A DNA stretch of 64,000 bases from an uncultured Fibrobacterota bacterium (GCA_963729895.1 CAVSQB010000013.1:19125-83124); one strand, 5' to 3'; numbered from the stretch's first letter, positions 31,380-42,063 are shown. A program made the numbers and translations. Notes: a model not told the origin generated them from the letters alone.

Positions 31380-32867
31380 CGAGCCTGTAGAAAAACCCTG
31401 TTTTCAATAAAATCGGATTTCCCTTGTTCTCTGTCAAGTCAATTCGCGCTTTGTGCGGAAAGGTAAGAATGCAGGTTCAGAATTGTGGGGCGAGTGGCGT
31501 TTTTAGGTGAATCTGAGGCCTTGTGCGCCCTATAGTGAGGGACAAGCCGGCCCCCGGGCTCTTGCTAATGCCCATAGGAAGGCCCGAACCGGTAAATCTT
31601 GAAAATGTTGTGCACCATCGAGTACAGCTTCCATTGCGTATCGGCCTTTGTCCTGGTGCGCACGGTAATCCTATCGAGGCCGAGCGTCCGGCAGATGTTG
31701 GCGAACACCGGTTCCACCGTGCCCATTCGCCTGCTGTATATGTACCTGCCGAAGGCGGAGTCGAATTTCTCGATCATCCGTTTGGTATAGGCCCCCGTTG
31801 ATCGTGGGCCGGATTGATCGAACTTCACCACCTGTCTGCGCTCCGTATGGTCAAGCCGCAAACATTTCTTCCGAATTTCACATGCAAGGCAGTCGGCTTT
31901 TCTCCCGGCATAGGCGATCCCGTGTTCGCCACGCGTCCCGACATAGTTCTTGTTCAACACGTAAAGCTTGTTGCCTGCAGGGCAGGTAAGCGTGCCGTCG
32001 GATTCATTCAGGATAAAATCACTTGGGGTAAAGTAGTGCTTTGACCGTACCGGCGTCTTGTTGCGGTCAATCGGATTTTTGTGCCGGTCCGCATCCGCAA
32101 ACTGCGGGTCGCGCTTGCGGAATTTATTGTCCGCAACGTACCCGTCCACTCCTTCTTCCGCAAGCATCTGCATGTTCGCTTCGCTATGAAAACCGCTGTC
32201 CGCAGTCACTTTCGCCTGAGTAAAAATGTCGGGCTCGCCTATGGCCTCAAAGTTCTCCCGCACACCGTCGATCATCGGCTTCAAAAGCGCGTTGTCCGTC
32301 CCCTCGCTGAATGCCTCGGCATGAACGATCACCTGGCGCTTTTCATCAACCGCCGCGGCGCCGTTGTAGCCCTGGATCACGCCGTGTGAGCTCGGCATCT
32401 TCGCGCTCTCGTTGTCCGTGATGTTGCTCTTCTTCGCCTGTCCCTTAGCCCCGCGCTTATCCTCGTTTTTCCGCATCCAACGGTTGATCTTGCGCACCTT
32501 CGAACGAAGGTGGTTGATCGCCTTCCGTTCCTTCTTCCGTATGTCCTCGCCAAGTTCACGCTCATCGCACTCGCGGTGCTTGCGCAAAAGAAAACGAACC
32601 TGGTACTCTATCTTCTTCTTCCGCTTCTCGAAATCCTCGAGTGTGCCGCTCCACTCCTTGGCGCAGTTCGAAGACATCTTGCAGCCATCGATCGCAAACA
32701 TTTGCCGGCTGATCAATCCCTCCTCCGCGCAATACAACAGGATGTCTCGGAACAGCGGCGTGATCTCCACATGCATCGACGAAATAAAATGTGCAATCGT
32801 CGTAAAATGCGGCTTCGTATCGGCCGAGAGTGCCATGAACATCACGTTCTCCTCGCAGCAGCGCTGG

Positions 32868-33725
32868 CTATACCCCAATTACTTTCTCAGTCGAAATGGG
32901 AGTTTTCTCTTTGAATTGACCTCTGTATTCTTCAGGTGTTTTCCCCTTTAGTGATCCGTGTGGCCGTATCCGGTTGTAAATGTTCTTCCAATGTTCGATT
33001 ATTCTTTCTGCGTCCTCTAATGAGATGAACCAGTTTTCATTCAAGCATTGGTCCCTGAATATCGAATTGAATGATTCTACAAAAGCATTCTGGCTGGGCT
33101 TGCCGGGCTGAATGAATTCCTGCCTTACCTGGTTTCGTATTGCCCAGAGCATGAGTTCTTTGCTCCGGAATTCCGGGCCGTTATCAGTCAACAGAGCTTC
33201 CGGCTTTCCGTACCTGGCCACCAGGTGGTCTAGAACTTGGCAGACTCCTAGTGCTGGAATAGAACGTGCTACCTTGATTGCAAGAGCCTCACGGGTGCAG
33301 TCATCGACAACATTCAGGCATTTCAGCTTGCGCTTGTCGGAAGTACTGTCGAATATGAAATCCATTGACCAGCGACGGCTTGGCCGATCCGGCAGCGTCA
33401 ACGGCATCCGTTGGCTATTGCGTTTCTGACGCCTCCTCCGCTTGCTTTTCTGAAGCGATTCTTCCTTGTAGAGCCGATGCACACGTTTGTGATTTACTAT
33501 GTACCCAAGGTTGCGGAGATACCAATAAAGCGTCGGAAAGCCCCATGAACGGAACGATGAAATGGTTTCATGCATTTTTGTTTTCAACTCGCTGTTCAAA
33601 GCCGATTCCTGCGGTCGATAGCGGTACCCTGCCGGTGTCATACCCAGAAGTCCGCATGCTTTCCGTTGACTCAGGCCTTGCCGCATTAGTGCGTCCACAG
33701 TCAGCCTACGCTGAGGACGCTTCAC
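32868..33725 (-). CDS. IS3 OrfB (DDE integrase-core transposase)
   Basis: VNHKRV, WSMDF, TDNGPEF and QNAFVESFN motifs. Confidence 0.95.
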   Translation of the reverse strand: MKRPQRRLTVDALMRQGLSQRKACGLLGMTPAGYRYRPQESALNSELKTKMHETISSFRSWGFPTLYWYLRNLGYIVNHKRVHRLYKEESLQKSKRRRRQKRNSQRMPLTLPDRPSRRWSMDFIFDSTSDKRKLKCLNVVDDCTREALAIKVARSIPALGVCQVLDHLVARYGKPEALLTDNGPEFRSKELMLWAIRNQVRQEFIQPGKPSQNAFVESFNSIFRDQCLNENWFISLEDAERIIEHWKNIYNRIRPHGSLKGKTPEEYRGQFKEKTPISTEKVIGV

Positions 33726-33988
33726 TATTTTCTTTGCAGCACTTCCTTCATTGCATCGATCTGAAGTGCCTGGTCTGCAACAATCCGCTTGAGCCGGCTG
33801 TTTTCGCCCTCGATCTCCTTCATCCTTTTCAGATCAGAGAGCTCAAGTCCGCTGTATTTGCTCTTCCAACGGAAGTACGTGTTCTCTGAAATACCATATT
33901 GACGACAAAGATCAGCGACTTTGGCTCCGCGGTCGCCCTCTTGCAGGATCCGAAAAATCTGCTCTTCACTGTAGCGCTTGCCTTTCAT
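33725..33988 (-). CDS. IS3 OrfA (HTH)
   Basis: KRYSEEQI..LCRQYGIS..WKSKY..EN.RLKRIVAD; AGGAGG RBS. Confidence 0.95.
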   Translation of the reverse strand: MKGKRYSEEQIFRILQEGDRGAKVADLCRQYGISENTYFRWKSKYSGLELSDLKRMKEIEGENSRLKRIVADQALQIDAMKEVLQRK

Positions 33989-34462
33989 GAGTCCTCCTAG
34001 TTAGTTTAAAATAACTCGGAAAACTCCCTTCTCAAATGAGCAAGTTTTCGGGGGTATAGCCAGCGCGCTATGTCCCGGCTGTGCATGATGCCCCGGGAAT
34101 ACGCGTAGAGAACAATCTTCAGCATCACGCGCGGGTCGTACGCGGGCGCACCGGTCTCGTCGTTGGTAAACCGGCCCTCGAAAACAGAAAGGTCCAGCAC
34201 ATTATCCACGATCTCGCTCAACGCGAACTCGAAACTGCCCGGAATGATCTGCTCGCGAAACGTGATGGGGATAAGCTTGCCTTGTTCGTAGGAATACTCT
34301 TTGTAGCGGGCCATCGGCCTTCCTTCCTGCTGAGTTTACAAATAATATAAGGAAAAAAGACCGGAATTTCAGGTAAAAGTGGCGGGAAAGGGACTTTTTC
34401 TACAGGCTCAACGGAACGCTATCCGCCTCTTTCTGAGGCCCGCAACCATGCCCGCGAACTTC

Positions 34463-35074
34463 CTATGGGCGCCCAAAAAGAAACTCGCGCTCGCCGTTGG
34501 TGCACAGATATGAAGTTCGCTGCTCCAGCGGCCGCATCACGATCTCGATATCGCGGTTAGACCGGTGAAAGTACGCCAACTCCTTTGCACGAATTTCCTG
34601 AAGTTGCACCGTTGTGCCGCGGACAACCCGTGCGATATGCAAATACGGCTGCGGCGTGGACGACGGACCGGCCATCATGACGAGCAGGCCGTTTGGCTTC
34701 AACATGGCACACCACGTTTTCACAAGGTCTGTCAGCAACCATGTTTCGAGGTGATCCGGAATGTCCCATACGTTGATACCGTCGAACCGACAATCGCGGT
34801 AGTCAATTATTGCGAGGGCTCTCTCCAGCTCCTGCCCAGGCACTTGCATCTTATTAGTCAATCGTAGCACAAAATCGCATACGCTCAATTTTGCGCCAAG
34901 GCTGAGAAAAACCGAAATGTTATTGCCCGATATCGGACCGATATCGAGAATCTCCGGTCTTTCACACTTGGCAAGATGCGCAAAATATCGCTGCAACATT
35001 CTGCTTTCGTATTCGCCTGCTTCCCGTTCATTACTTCCGCGAGGGGCGCGGTTCTCAACGGCGCTCAAATGCAT
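34463..35074 (-). CDS. Class I SAM-methyltransferase-like protein
   Basis: ILDIGP, FDGINVWD and LKPNG motifs. Confidence 0.75.
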   Translation of the reverse strand: MHLSAVENRAPRGSNEREAGEYESRMLQRYFAHLAKCERPEILDIGPISGNNISVFLSLGAKLSVCDFVLRLTNKMQVPGQELERALAIIDYRDCRFDGINVWDIPDHLETWLLTDLVKTWCAMLKPNGLLVMMAGPSSTPQPYLHIARVVRGTTVQLQEIRAKELAYFHRSNRDIEIVMRPLEQRTSYLCTNGEREFLFGRP

Positions 35075-35079
35075 TTGGA

Positions 35080-35595
35080 CTATACCGGAGGCATCGACGG
35101 CGGCTCATCGCCTTCCGGTGTCCCTTGGGCGTCAGCAGGTTGCTCGGCAATGGTCTGCTCGGAGGCCAGGGCCTTTTTGGGCTCCTCTTTTTCCAGCTCA
35201 ATGGTTGCCTTGATAAAGGCCCCGTCTTCAATTGCAATGCGCTTTGCAGTGATCAGACCCGTAAAATCAGCCTCTTTGTTGATCTGCACCTTGTTACGCG
35301 CGATGATGTTGCCTGCCATCATGCCGCTAATTATCACGTCTTGGGCATCCACATCAGCTTCGATATGTCCTTTGAGTCCGATGGTTATACAATGCGATTT
35401 GGTCTCGATGGTCCCCTTCATCCGACCTTCAATAATGATGTCCTCATCGGCAAGCACGGTCCCTTCGATTGAAATGTGTTCCCCAATGACCGTTTCCTCC
35501 GATGATCTCGACGTGGCACCGGCGTTTGAGCTCTCATGAACGTGCCTGAAGTCGCTGCCGGTATCTTTCTCCTCACGATTTCCCATTTTAAGCAT
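35080..35595 (-). CDS. Bactofilin (polymer-forming cytoskeletal protein); start uncertain (ORF extends to 35736)
   Basis: TVIGEHISIEG..IEG..ITIG..G.I..RIAIEDGAF beta-helix pattern; AAGGA RBS before 35595. Confidence 0.9.
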   Translation of the reverse strand: MLKMGNREEKDTGSDFRHVHESSNAGATSRSSEETVIGEHISIEGTVLADEDIIIEGRMKGTIETKSHCITIGLKGHIEADVDAQDVIISGMMAGNIIARNKVQINKEADFTGLITAKRIAIEDGAFIKATIELEKEEPKKALASEQTIAEQPADAQGTPEGDEPPSMPPV

Positions 35596-35784
35596 TTGCA
35601 GTTCCTTTCCGCTGACAGTTGGTTCCTGTAAAACGACGGCCGTGTTGCCCTCGTGGCCTCGCCCGCGGACTATTTCCTGCCGCAAACGGGTCACAAGGTT
35701 TTTCATCCAGATAGTAGATCGTTCCGCCTTCGTCAATTTGCTTCACCTTTCTTAACCATATTTCTATTAATCAACCAGAATCGT

Positions 35785-36825
35785 TCAAGTTTTGCTTTGT
35801 CCGCCTGCCTGTCGCGAATCCGGATTCTGCCGGTCGACCATCCAACCAAGATATTCGGGCGGCAACGCGCTCGCTTCGTCGAGCAATTTGACATGCTCGG
35901 GATCAAGTTGGACATCGGTTGACGCAAGATTATCGTCGAGCTGCTCGCGGGTCCTTGCACCGATTATGACGCTGGTAACGAACCGGCGACTTAGAAGCCA
36001 CGCGAGCGCGACGCGTGCCACCGATATGCCAACGGCTTGTGCTACGGTTCGCATCGTCCTTATCACGGTCGCCGCTCGAAGCCGGTCAACGGGCGGAAAA
36101 TCGAAGGCGCTGCGCCTGCTGCCCGCGGGTCCGGGTTGCTCCAGGTCGAACTTTCCGGACAACAAGCCTCCGGCAAGCGGGCTCCACGGAAACAAAGCGA
36201 GACGTTGGTCTAAAGCAAGAGGCACGACCTCGCGTTCGATGTCTCGTCCCGCAATGGAGTAATACATTTGTGCGCTTTGAAAACGGGCCAAACCGTTGGC
36301 GTCGGCAAAAGCGAGCGCCTTCATGGCTTGCCAAGCAGGAAGATTGCAATAGCCGATGTAACGCGCCTTGCCCGAACGGACCACCTCGTCCAACGCTTGA
36401 ACCGTTTCCTCGATGGGCGTGTCCAGATCAACGCCGTGGATCTGGTACAGGTCTACATAGTCCAGCCCCAAACGTCTCAAACTGGCCTCTATCGACGAAT
36501 GAATATGTTTTCGCGATAATCCGACCTGGTTGACGCCCGGCCCCGTGCGACCGCGCACTTTTGTTGCAATGATAAGGTCTTCGCGCGGCCGGGAAAGCGT
36601 TACAAGAGTTTCACCTAAAATACGCTCCGCTTCACCCTCGGAATATACGTCGGCAGTATCAATAAAGTTGACACCCGCGTCGATTGAGGCCCCGACGAGC
36701 TTCCCGGCCTCCGAGCCGGTAACCGTGCCTATGGTTTGCCAAAATCCCTTGCCGCCGAATGTCATGGTGCCGAGGCACAATTCAGATACCTGCAGGCCGG
36801 TTCCGCCAAAAGGACGATAACGCAC
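35785..36825 (-). CDS. Aldo/keto reductase (GTG start)
   Basis: LCLGTMTFG, DTADVY, IATK, DLYQIH and WSPLAGG motifs. Confidence 0.95.
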   Translation of the reverse strand: MRYRPFGGTGLQVSELCLGTMTFGGKGFWQTIGTVTGSEAGKLVGASIDAGVNFIDTADVYSEGEAERILGETLVTLSRPREDLIIATKVRGRTGPGVNQVGLSRKHIHSSIEASLRRLGLDYVDLYQIHGVDLDTPIEETVQALDEVVRSGKARYIGYCNLPAWQAMKALAFADANGLARFQSAQMYYSIAGRDIEREVVPLALDQRLALFPWSPLAGGLLSGKFDLEQPGPAGSRRSAFDFPPVDRLRAATVIRTMRTVAQAVGISVARVALAWLLSRRFVTSVIIGARTREQLDDNLASTDVQLDPEHVKLLDEASALPPEYLGWMVDRQNPDSRQAGGQSKT

Positions 36826-37291
36826 GAGCAGCCCCTTTCGCAATGAAACTGATTTCAAGAGCAGGCGAATGGTGATGATGGCTGATCAAAAATCGAGCCA
36901 GCACAGATCCTGGGAAAAGGTTCGTTTTCTTATCGTGCGCAAGGGCCATTACCCCACGAATTCTTAATTTTGAAAAGAAATTCCGAAAGTGATAATCTTG
37001 TGCAAACAGGGAATGAAGGGGGCGGGTCCCGGCACCGAACTCATCTTTTCGAGCTAAGACACGCACACGAATTGGCAGCGGCATATTTGCAGCCTACTCG
37101 TCCACGACGGCAGGACCCGTTTTATGAATGCCTATCGATAATGCGCTCGATTGTACTCACGCCTGATCCAATCAAAGCGTCAGCCGAATTGCTTTGGCCG
37201 CTTGGGAGGTAGGGCACGTCACTCATCTTTCCAAAGAGTCCTTGCCCGACCTCCTTGCGTAAACGGGTCTCCCTTGTCACGGCATTACCGG

Positions 37292-37882
37292 CTACTTATT
37301 CGCCGGCCCAAGCGGAAGCACAGTTTTGCCGTAAATCTCGTTGAGCACCTGCGCAATGCCGGCATACATGGCCGAAAGCCCGCAGAAAATCCCTTCGTAT
37401 CCCGCGAAGGTCTTGACCGCAACGCTTCCTGTGCCATGATCAATGGCAAGCAGAAAGAACAGGATTGTAAGGGACCCGAATACAACCTGGAGGGCCTTGT
37501 TGATTTTGAGCGTCCCGACAAAGAGAAGCAGGGTGAAGATACCCCACATTGTCAAGTAACAAACCATACCCTTGTCGGAGGTCTTGTCGATCCATCCGAG
37601 CTTCGGTAAGACGATCAGCGCAACAAGCGTTAACCAGAACGCTCCGTACGACGTAAAAGCAAGTGTGCCAAAGGTGTTCTTTTTTTTCCACTCCATAATC
37701 CCCGCAATAAGCTGGGCCATTCCACCATAAAAAATCCCCATGGCCAGTATCATCGAACCAAGCTCGATGATACCTGCATTGCAAATATTGAGAAGTACGG
37801 TGGTCATGCCGAAACCGAACAACCCGAGCGGCGCCGGATTGGCGGTTGTGTCCTTGATTTCGAAAGGCGCGTTTTCGTTCAT
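37292..37882 (-). CDS. satP: Acetate uptake transporter (GPR1/FUN34/YaaH family)
   Basis: [10 protein letters not shown] signature; FYGG and SYGAFW motifs. Confidence 0.95.
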   Translation of the reverse strand: MNENAPFEIKDTTANPAPLGLFGFGMTTVLLNICNAGIIELGSMILAMGIFYGGMAQLIAGIMEWKKKNTFGTLAFTSYGAFWLTLVALIVLPKLGWIDKTSDKGMVCYLTMWGIFTLLLFVGTLKINKALQVVFGSLTILFFLLAIDHGTGSVAVKTFAGYEGIFCGLSAMYAGIAQVLNEIYGKTVLPLGPANK

Positions 37883-37909
37883 TTCTTCCTCCTCGGTCTG
37901 AAATAATTG

Positions 37910-39889
37910 TTACTGACGATTCTTTACAAGCGAATCCACAACGCTCGGATCCGCAAGCGTCGATGTATCCCCCAAGCTGCCGATGTCGTTCTCCGCGATT
38001 TTGCGCAGAATGCGGCGCATTATCTTGCCCGAGCGGGTCTTGGGCAGGCCCGGGGCAAACTGGATCTTGTCGGGCACGGCGATGGGGCCGATCTCCTTAC
38101 GGACGTGGTTCATGAGTTCTTTCTTCAGTTCGTTGCTTTCAGCGACTCCGTCTACAAGCGTAACAAACGCGTACAAGCCCTGTCCCTTGATCTCATGCGG
38201 CATGGGCGTGACTGCCGCTTCAGCGACCTTCGGGTGGCTCACAAGCGCGCTCTCCACCTCCGCGGTGCCGATACGATGTCCGGACACATTGACTACATCG
38301 TCGATGCGTCCCATGAGCCAGTAATCTCCTTCCTCATCAACTCGACAACCGTCGCCCGTAAAGTACAAGTCGTTGTACATGGAGAAATACGTGTCGATGA
38401 ATCGGTTGTGATCACCCCACATTGTGCGCATCATCCCCGGCCAGGGTTTCTTGATGCATAATTTGCCGCCTTCGTTTACGGCGCATTCGGTGCCGTCGTC
38501 GCGAAGGACAACGGGATCAACGCCGAAGAACGGCCTGTTGGCGCTGCCCGGCTTGAGCGTGTGCGCGCCCGGCAGCGGGGTGATGAGAATGCCGCCGGTT
38601 TCGGTCTGCCACCAGGTGTCGACAATGGGGCATTTCTTGTGGCCGATGTTTTCGTAGTACCAGATCCATGCTTCCGGGTTGATAGGCTCCCCAACGCTGC
38701 CGAGCACACGCAAAGAGTCCATTTTGTATTTTGCCGGCCATGCTTCGCCTTCGCGCATGAGCGCTCGTATTGCGGTTGGCGCGGTGTAGAACACGGTTAC
38801 CTTGAATTTGTCAATAATATGCCAGAAGCGGCCGGCATCCGGATATGTAGGCACACCCTCAAACATGAGCGACGTCGCGCCGTTGGCCAGAGGTCCGTAC
38901 ACAATATAAGAGTGCCCGGTTACCCAGCCGATGTCGGCCGTGCACCAATACACGTCATCGTCGTGAATGTCGAAAATGTACTTATGCGATATCGCGGCAT
39001 GAAGGAGGTAGCCTGCAGTCGTATGCACGACGCCCTTGGGTTTACCAGTTGAACCGGAGGTGTACAGAATGAACAGGTTGTCTTCGGCGTTCATGGTCTC
39101 AGGCTTGCAGTCGGCAGAGGCCTTTGCAATCTCCTCGTGATACCATGAGTCGCGCCCCGACGCCATGTTGCACGGCTCGTCTGTAACCTTTACCACAATT
39201 ACCTTCTCAATGGTCGGAGCATTCTTGAGCGCCTCGTCGGCAATATCCTTAAGCTTGATGTGTTTCCCGGACCTCAGAGACACGTTGGAGGTCACCAGAA
39301 GTTTACACTGGGAGTCGTTGATCCTGCCCTTGAGAGAATCCGCGGAAAACCCGCCAAACACGATGGAATGAATTGCGCCGATACGGGCACAGGCGAGCAT
39401 CGCCACTGGAAGTTCCGGAACCATGGGCATATAAATGGCAACGCGGTCGCCCTTTTTCACGCCCTTGGACTTTAGCACATTGGCAAATTTGCAGACCTGT
39501 TCGTGGAGTTCCTTGTAGGTAATTTTGCGGACATTGTTCTCTTCCTCCCCCTGAAAGAGAATGGCCACCTTGTTCGCCGTTGCTGTTTTCAGATGACGGT
39601 CCAGGCAGTTGTACGATACGTTAAGCTGGCCGTCGGCAAACCAAGTGTGCTGTATTTTGCGGCCCTTTGTGTTCCAATCGTACTCAAGAGCTTTGGTGGG
39701 GTTCTTGACCCACGTAATTATCTTTGCCTGTTCGAGCCAGAACGCGTCCGGGTCTTTTATCGATTTTTCCCACATGTTCTTGTAGGAATCGAAGCCCTTA
39801 ACGTGCGCGCGCTCCTGCACCTCCGCCGACGGAGGGAATCTCCGCTTTTCCACCATAAGAGATTTCATCGCGTTTGGTTGATCCGCCAT
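37910..39889 (-). CDS. acs: Acetyl-CoA synthetase (AMP-forming)
   Basis: [20 protein letters not shown] and [11 protein letters not shown] motifs. Confidence 0.97.
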   Translation of the reverse strand: MADQPNAMKSLMVEKRRFPPSAEVQERAHVKGFDSYKNMWEKSIKDPDAFWLEQAKIITWVKNPTKALEYDWNTKGRKIQHTWFADGQLNVSYNCLDRHLKTATANKVAILFQGEEENNVRKITYKELHEQVCKFANVLKSKGVKKGDRVAIYMPMVPELPVAMLACARIGAIHSIVFGGFSADSLKGRINDSQCKLLVTSNVSLRSGKHIKLKDIADEALKNAPTIEKVIVVKVTDEPCNMASGRDSWYHEEIAKASADCKPETMNAEDNLFILYTSGSTGKPKGVVHTTAGYLLHAAISHKYIFDIHDDDVYWCTADIGWVTGHSYIVYGPLANGATSLMFEGVPTYPDAGRFWHIIDKFKVTVFYTAPTAIRALMREGEAWPAKYKMDSLRVLGSVGEPINPEAWIWYYENIGHKKCPIVDTWWQTETGGILITPLPGAHTLKPGSANRPFFGVDPVVLRDDGTECAVNEGGKLCIKKPWPGMMRTMWGDHNRFIDTYFSMYNDLYFTGDGCRVDEEGDYWLMGRIDDVVNVSGHRIGTAEVESALVSHPKVAEAAVTPMPHEIKGQGLYAFVTLVDGVAESNELKKELMNHVRKEIGPIAVPDKIQFAPGLPKTRSGKIMRRILRKIAENDIGSLGDTSTLADPSVVDSLVKNRQ

Positions 39890-40190
39890 AGCATACTCCC
39901 TTCATAGATCGTTATTCGTGATTGAATATTTACAAAAAGCAACAGTGCTAACGCGTTATCATCCGGCAAGATGGATTGACCACTTGCGCTGCAACACAAG
40001 CGCAAAGTGAAATAATATATATCGAATGGAATTGTCCGATCAAGCAGTATTGTGAACAAAATCCCATGAGCGGGTCCCACGTAAGGAGGTTCACTACGAT
40101 TTTCCACTGGATGCATGAAGACCTTAAGCCCTCGAAATTCGGCACATCGTAGATCCGCAACGCGGAGTTGGCTGCACTGTGCCGCCAAAT

Positions 40191-40223
40191 GCAAAAGGGG
40201 CGGTACGGTGCCGCCCCTTTTGC
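40191..40223. terminator. Intrinsic terminator after the secA-tmk-ctpA-ppiD run
   Basis: GCAAAAGGGGCGGTA-CGG-TGCCGCCCCTTTTGC hairpin. Confidence 0.85.
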
Positions 40224-40245
40224 GCGCATCAAACAATCCTGTTTG

Positions 40246-42063
40246 TCAGTCAAGGTAGAATTGGTTCACATTGTCAATCACGTTTGCCGAATTCTTGTAC
40301 TGTACATACCAATCGTCGAAATTTTTTTCCACGCTTTCACCAATCAGTTTACGTTGAATGGCGATGACCTCCGGGCTCCCCCACGGCACCGTTGCAGACG
40401 CGTTCTTGTGCCAGACGGGTTTTACTACGCAAAAAGAACCTGCCGCATCGATAATGTCGGAAACTTTTCCATCCGGCAACACAAACGCCGTGGCAACGGC
40501 CTGGTTGTTATAACCCACCGGAGTATACTGCAAGCGTCCAACCGTGTCGGTGACGCCGGAAATGATAAGTGAGTCCGATTTTGAGTAGCGGGCTACATCA
40601 CCTTTGTCGGTCGTTTTCTGGCAAAAATCCGCAAGGTGCTTCTTTGCTTTTTCAAGCCTGCTTTCCTCGGCCAGAGTCCGCACGATACGCTCGCGAGCAA
40701 CGTCCAGCGGCAGGATTCCTTTCTTCACTTTGAGTTTCACCTGAAGAATGAAATACCCTTCGTCGTTCTCCAAGAGGTCGGAGATTTCATTTTCGGCCCG
40801 GTTGAATGCAAACGAGGCCGCGCCGGCCACGCTCCCGATTTTGGGAATCATGTCCCCGCGTTTGAAAAGGCCCGTGGAATCAACCACCACGGAAGAAATC
40901 TTCTTTGACACGTTCTTGATGCCATCCGAAACAATAAGCCCGTGTACGCTGTCGGCAAGGGCGTTGAGTTTGTCAATTGTCTCGCCCGAGGGAGATATTT
41001 TCCTCAGAATATGCCGCACATGCGCCATTTGCTTCCCATCCTTTATCTCCCGCTGTTCCACCAGAATAAGGTGGTAGCCGAATCGGGTTCGCACAGGCAT
41101 GGAAATCTGATTGAGCGGGATCGAAAAGACAACCGAATCGAATTCAGGCACCATCGACCCTTTGGCGACCCAGCCGAGGTCGCCGCCCTGGGCAGCGGTG
41201 CTTTCGTCGTCCGATTCCAGCTTGGCTTCCTCGGAGAATGAAGAGTCGCCCATCTTAATCTTTCCGCGCAGGTTCGCAAGTTCATCGTAGGTGGCTTTAA
41301 TGTCGGCGGGCGTGGCGACTTTCGGAATCTTTGCATAGTAGAGATCAACCTGTTCGTCCGTCACAAACGAATCCGGGTGCGCCTGATAATATCCGGTGAC
41401 GGCTGCGTCGGAGGGTTTGTCCGGCTGGAAGGCTTGTACGTTCACCTTTGCGTATTCAAAAACGGCCTTTTCGTTTTGCATTCGATATTCATAGCTCACC
41501 TCGGCCTTTGTGGGAAAGTCCTGAACGGAGAGCAGCAGCCGTAGGGTTTGCAGCGGGACCGAAAACTCCTGAATGGTCTTTTCGAATTCCAGCATTCCCT
41601 GATTCTCGTAGATTTCTGGTTTGTTGAGGAAGGCGACGAACTTTGCAGTATCAAAAACGCCCTCAGTCTGAAACTGCTTTGCAGAAACAACTTCCTGAGG
41701 AGGATTCCTCTTTATAAACTCATACACTTCGTCAGTTGAAGCGCCGATCTTCATCTTGCGGAAAACTTCCCCGAGAAGAATCCTGCTCACCTCGGTTTCC
41801 CACACCTGCCGGGGGACCATGCGGCTTTGTGCGTCGGGAATTTCGGCGCCCGCGTAGCGCTCTCGTTCTTTTTCCCTCTCTGCGGTCACCATTCGCTCGA
41901 AGGTTTGCAGGGAAATCTCAGTGCCGTTCACCTTTCCAATCACGTTCTTAACGCGGTTGCGGCTGGAAAGGTCCATTCCCCATGCAAACACAATAGTTGC
42001 GATAAAGGCGACGATCACAACCCACATTATGATTGCGGCATTGTTCCGTAACGATTGAATCAT
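40246..42063 (-). CDS. Membrane-anchored SurA/PpiD-like parvulin peptidyl-prolyl isomerase
   Basis: N-terminal TM; GKVNG; GGDLGW..MVPEF..PVRTRFGYHLI. Confidence 0.9.
   Translation of the reverse strand: MIQSLRNNAAIIMWVVIVAFIATIVFAWGMDLSSRNRVKNVIGKVNGTEISLQTFERMVTAEREKERERYAGAEIPDAQSRMVPRQVWETEVSRILLGEVFRKMKIGASTDEVYEFIKRNPPQEVVSAKQFQTEGVFDTAKFVAFLNKPEIYENQGMLEFEKTIQEFSVPLQTLRLLLSVQDFPTKAEVSYEYRMQNEKAVFEYAKVNVQAFQPDKPSDAAVTGYYQAHPDSFVTDEQVDLYYAKIPKVATPADIKATYDELANLRGKIKMGDSSFSEEAKLESDDESTAAQGGDLGWVAKGSMVPEFDSVVFSIPLNQISMPVRTRFGYHLILVEQREIKDGKQMAHVRHILRKISPSGETIDKLNALADSVHGLIVSDGIKNVSKKISSVVVDSTGLFKRGDMIPKIGSVAGAASFAFNRAENEISDLLENDEGYFILQVKLKVKKGILPLDVARERIVRTLAEESRLEKAKKHLADFCQKTTDKGDVARYSKSDSLIISGVTDTVGRLQYTPVGYNNQAVATAFVLPDGKVSDIIDAAGSFCVVKPVWHKNASATVPWGSPEVIAIQRKLIGESVEKNFDDWYVQYKNSANVIDNVNQFYLD

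Larger units (their letters stand above)
32865..34062 (-). mobile_element. IS3-family insertion sequence, 1198 bp, apparently intact
   Basis: TG...CA ends, IR TGGCTATACCCC / GGGGTATAGCCA, 4-bp TSD GCGC (32861-64, 34063-66), orfA and orfB. Confidence 0.95.
31565..34314 (-). pseudogene. IS1182-family transposase split in two (34063-34314 and 31565-32864)
   Basis: N-part GAPAYDPRVMLKIVLYAY..SRDIAR; C-part CCEENVMFMAL..AIDG..ADSGF..RMGTVEPVF; removing the IS3 and one TSD copy restores a 515-aa frame. Confidence 0.92.
31381..34409 (-). mobile_element. IS1182-family insertion sequence, interrupted by an IS3-family element
   Basis: 15-bp terminal IRs GAGCCTGTAGAAAAA / TTTTTCTACAGGCTC; flanking AAC duplication (31378-80, 34410-12). 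Confidence 0.9.

Noticed and set aside
31374..31380. ATCTAAC at the IS target matches the attC RYYYAAC box
   Set aside because: The reconstructed empty site shows no complementary GTT box or palindrome
37005..37040. AGGGAA...GG...TCCC resembling a cobalamin riboswitch core
   Set aside because: B12-box elements are missing and no gene lies downstream on that strand
40050..40067. Rex-like box TTGTGAA-N4-ATCCCAT upstream of acs
   Set aside because: Second half-site matches only 4 of 7 positions
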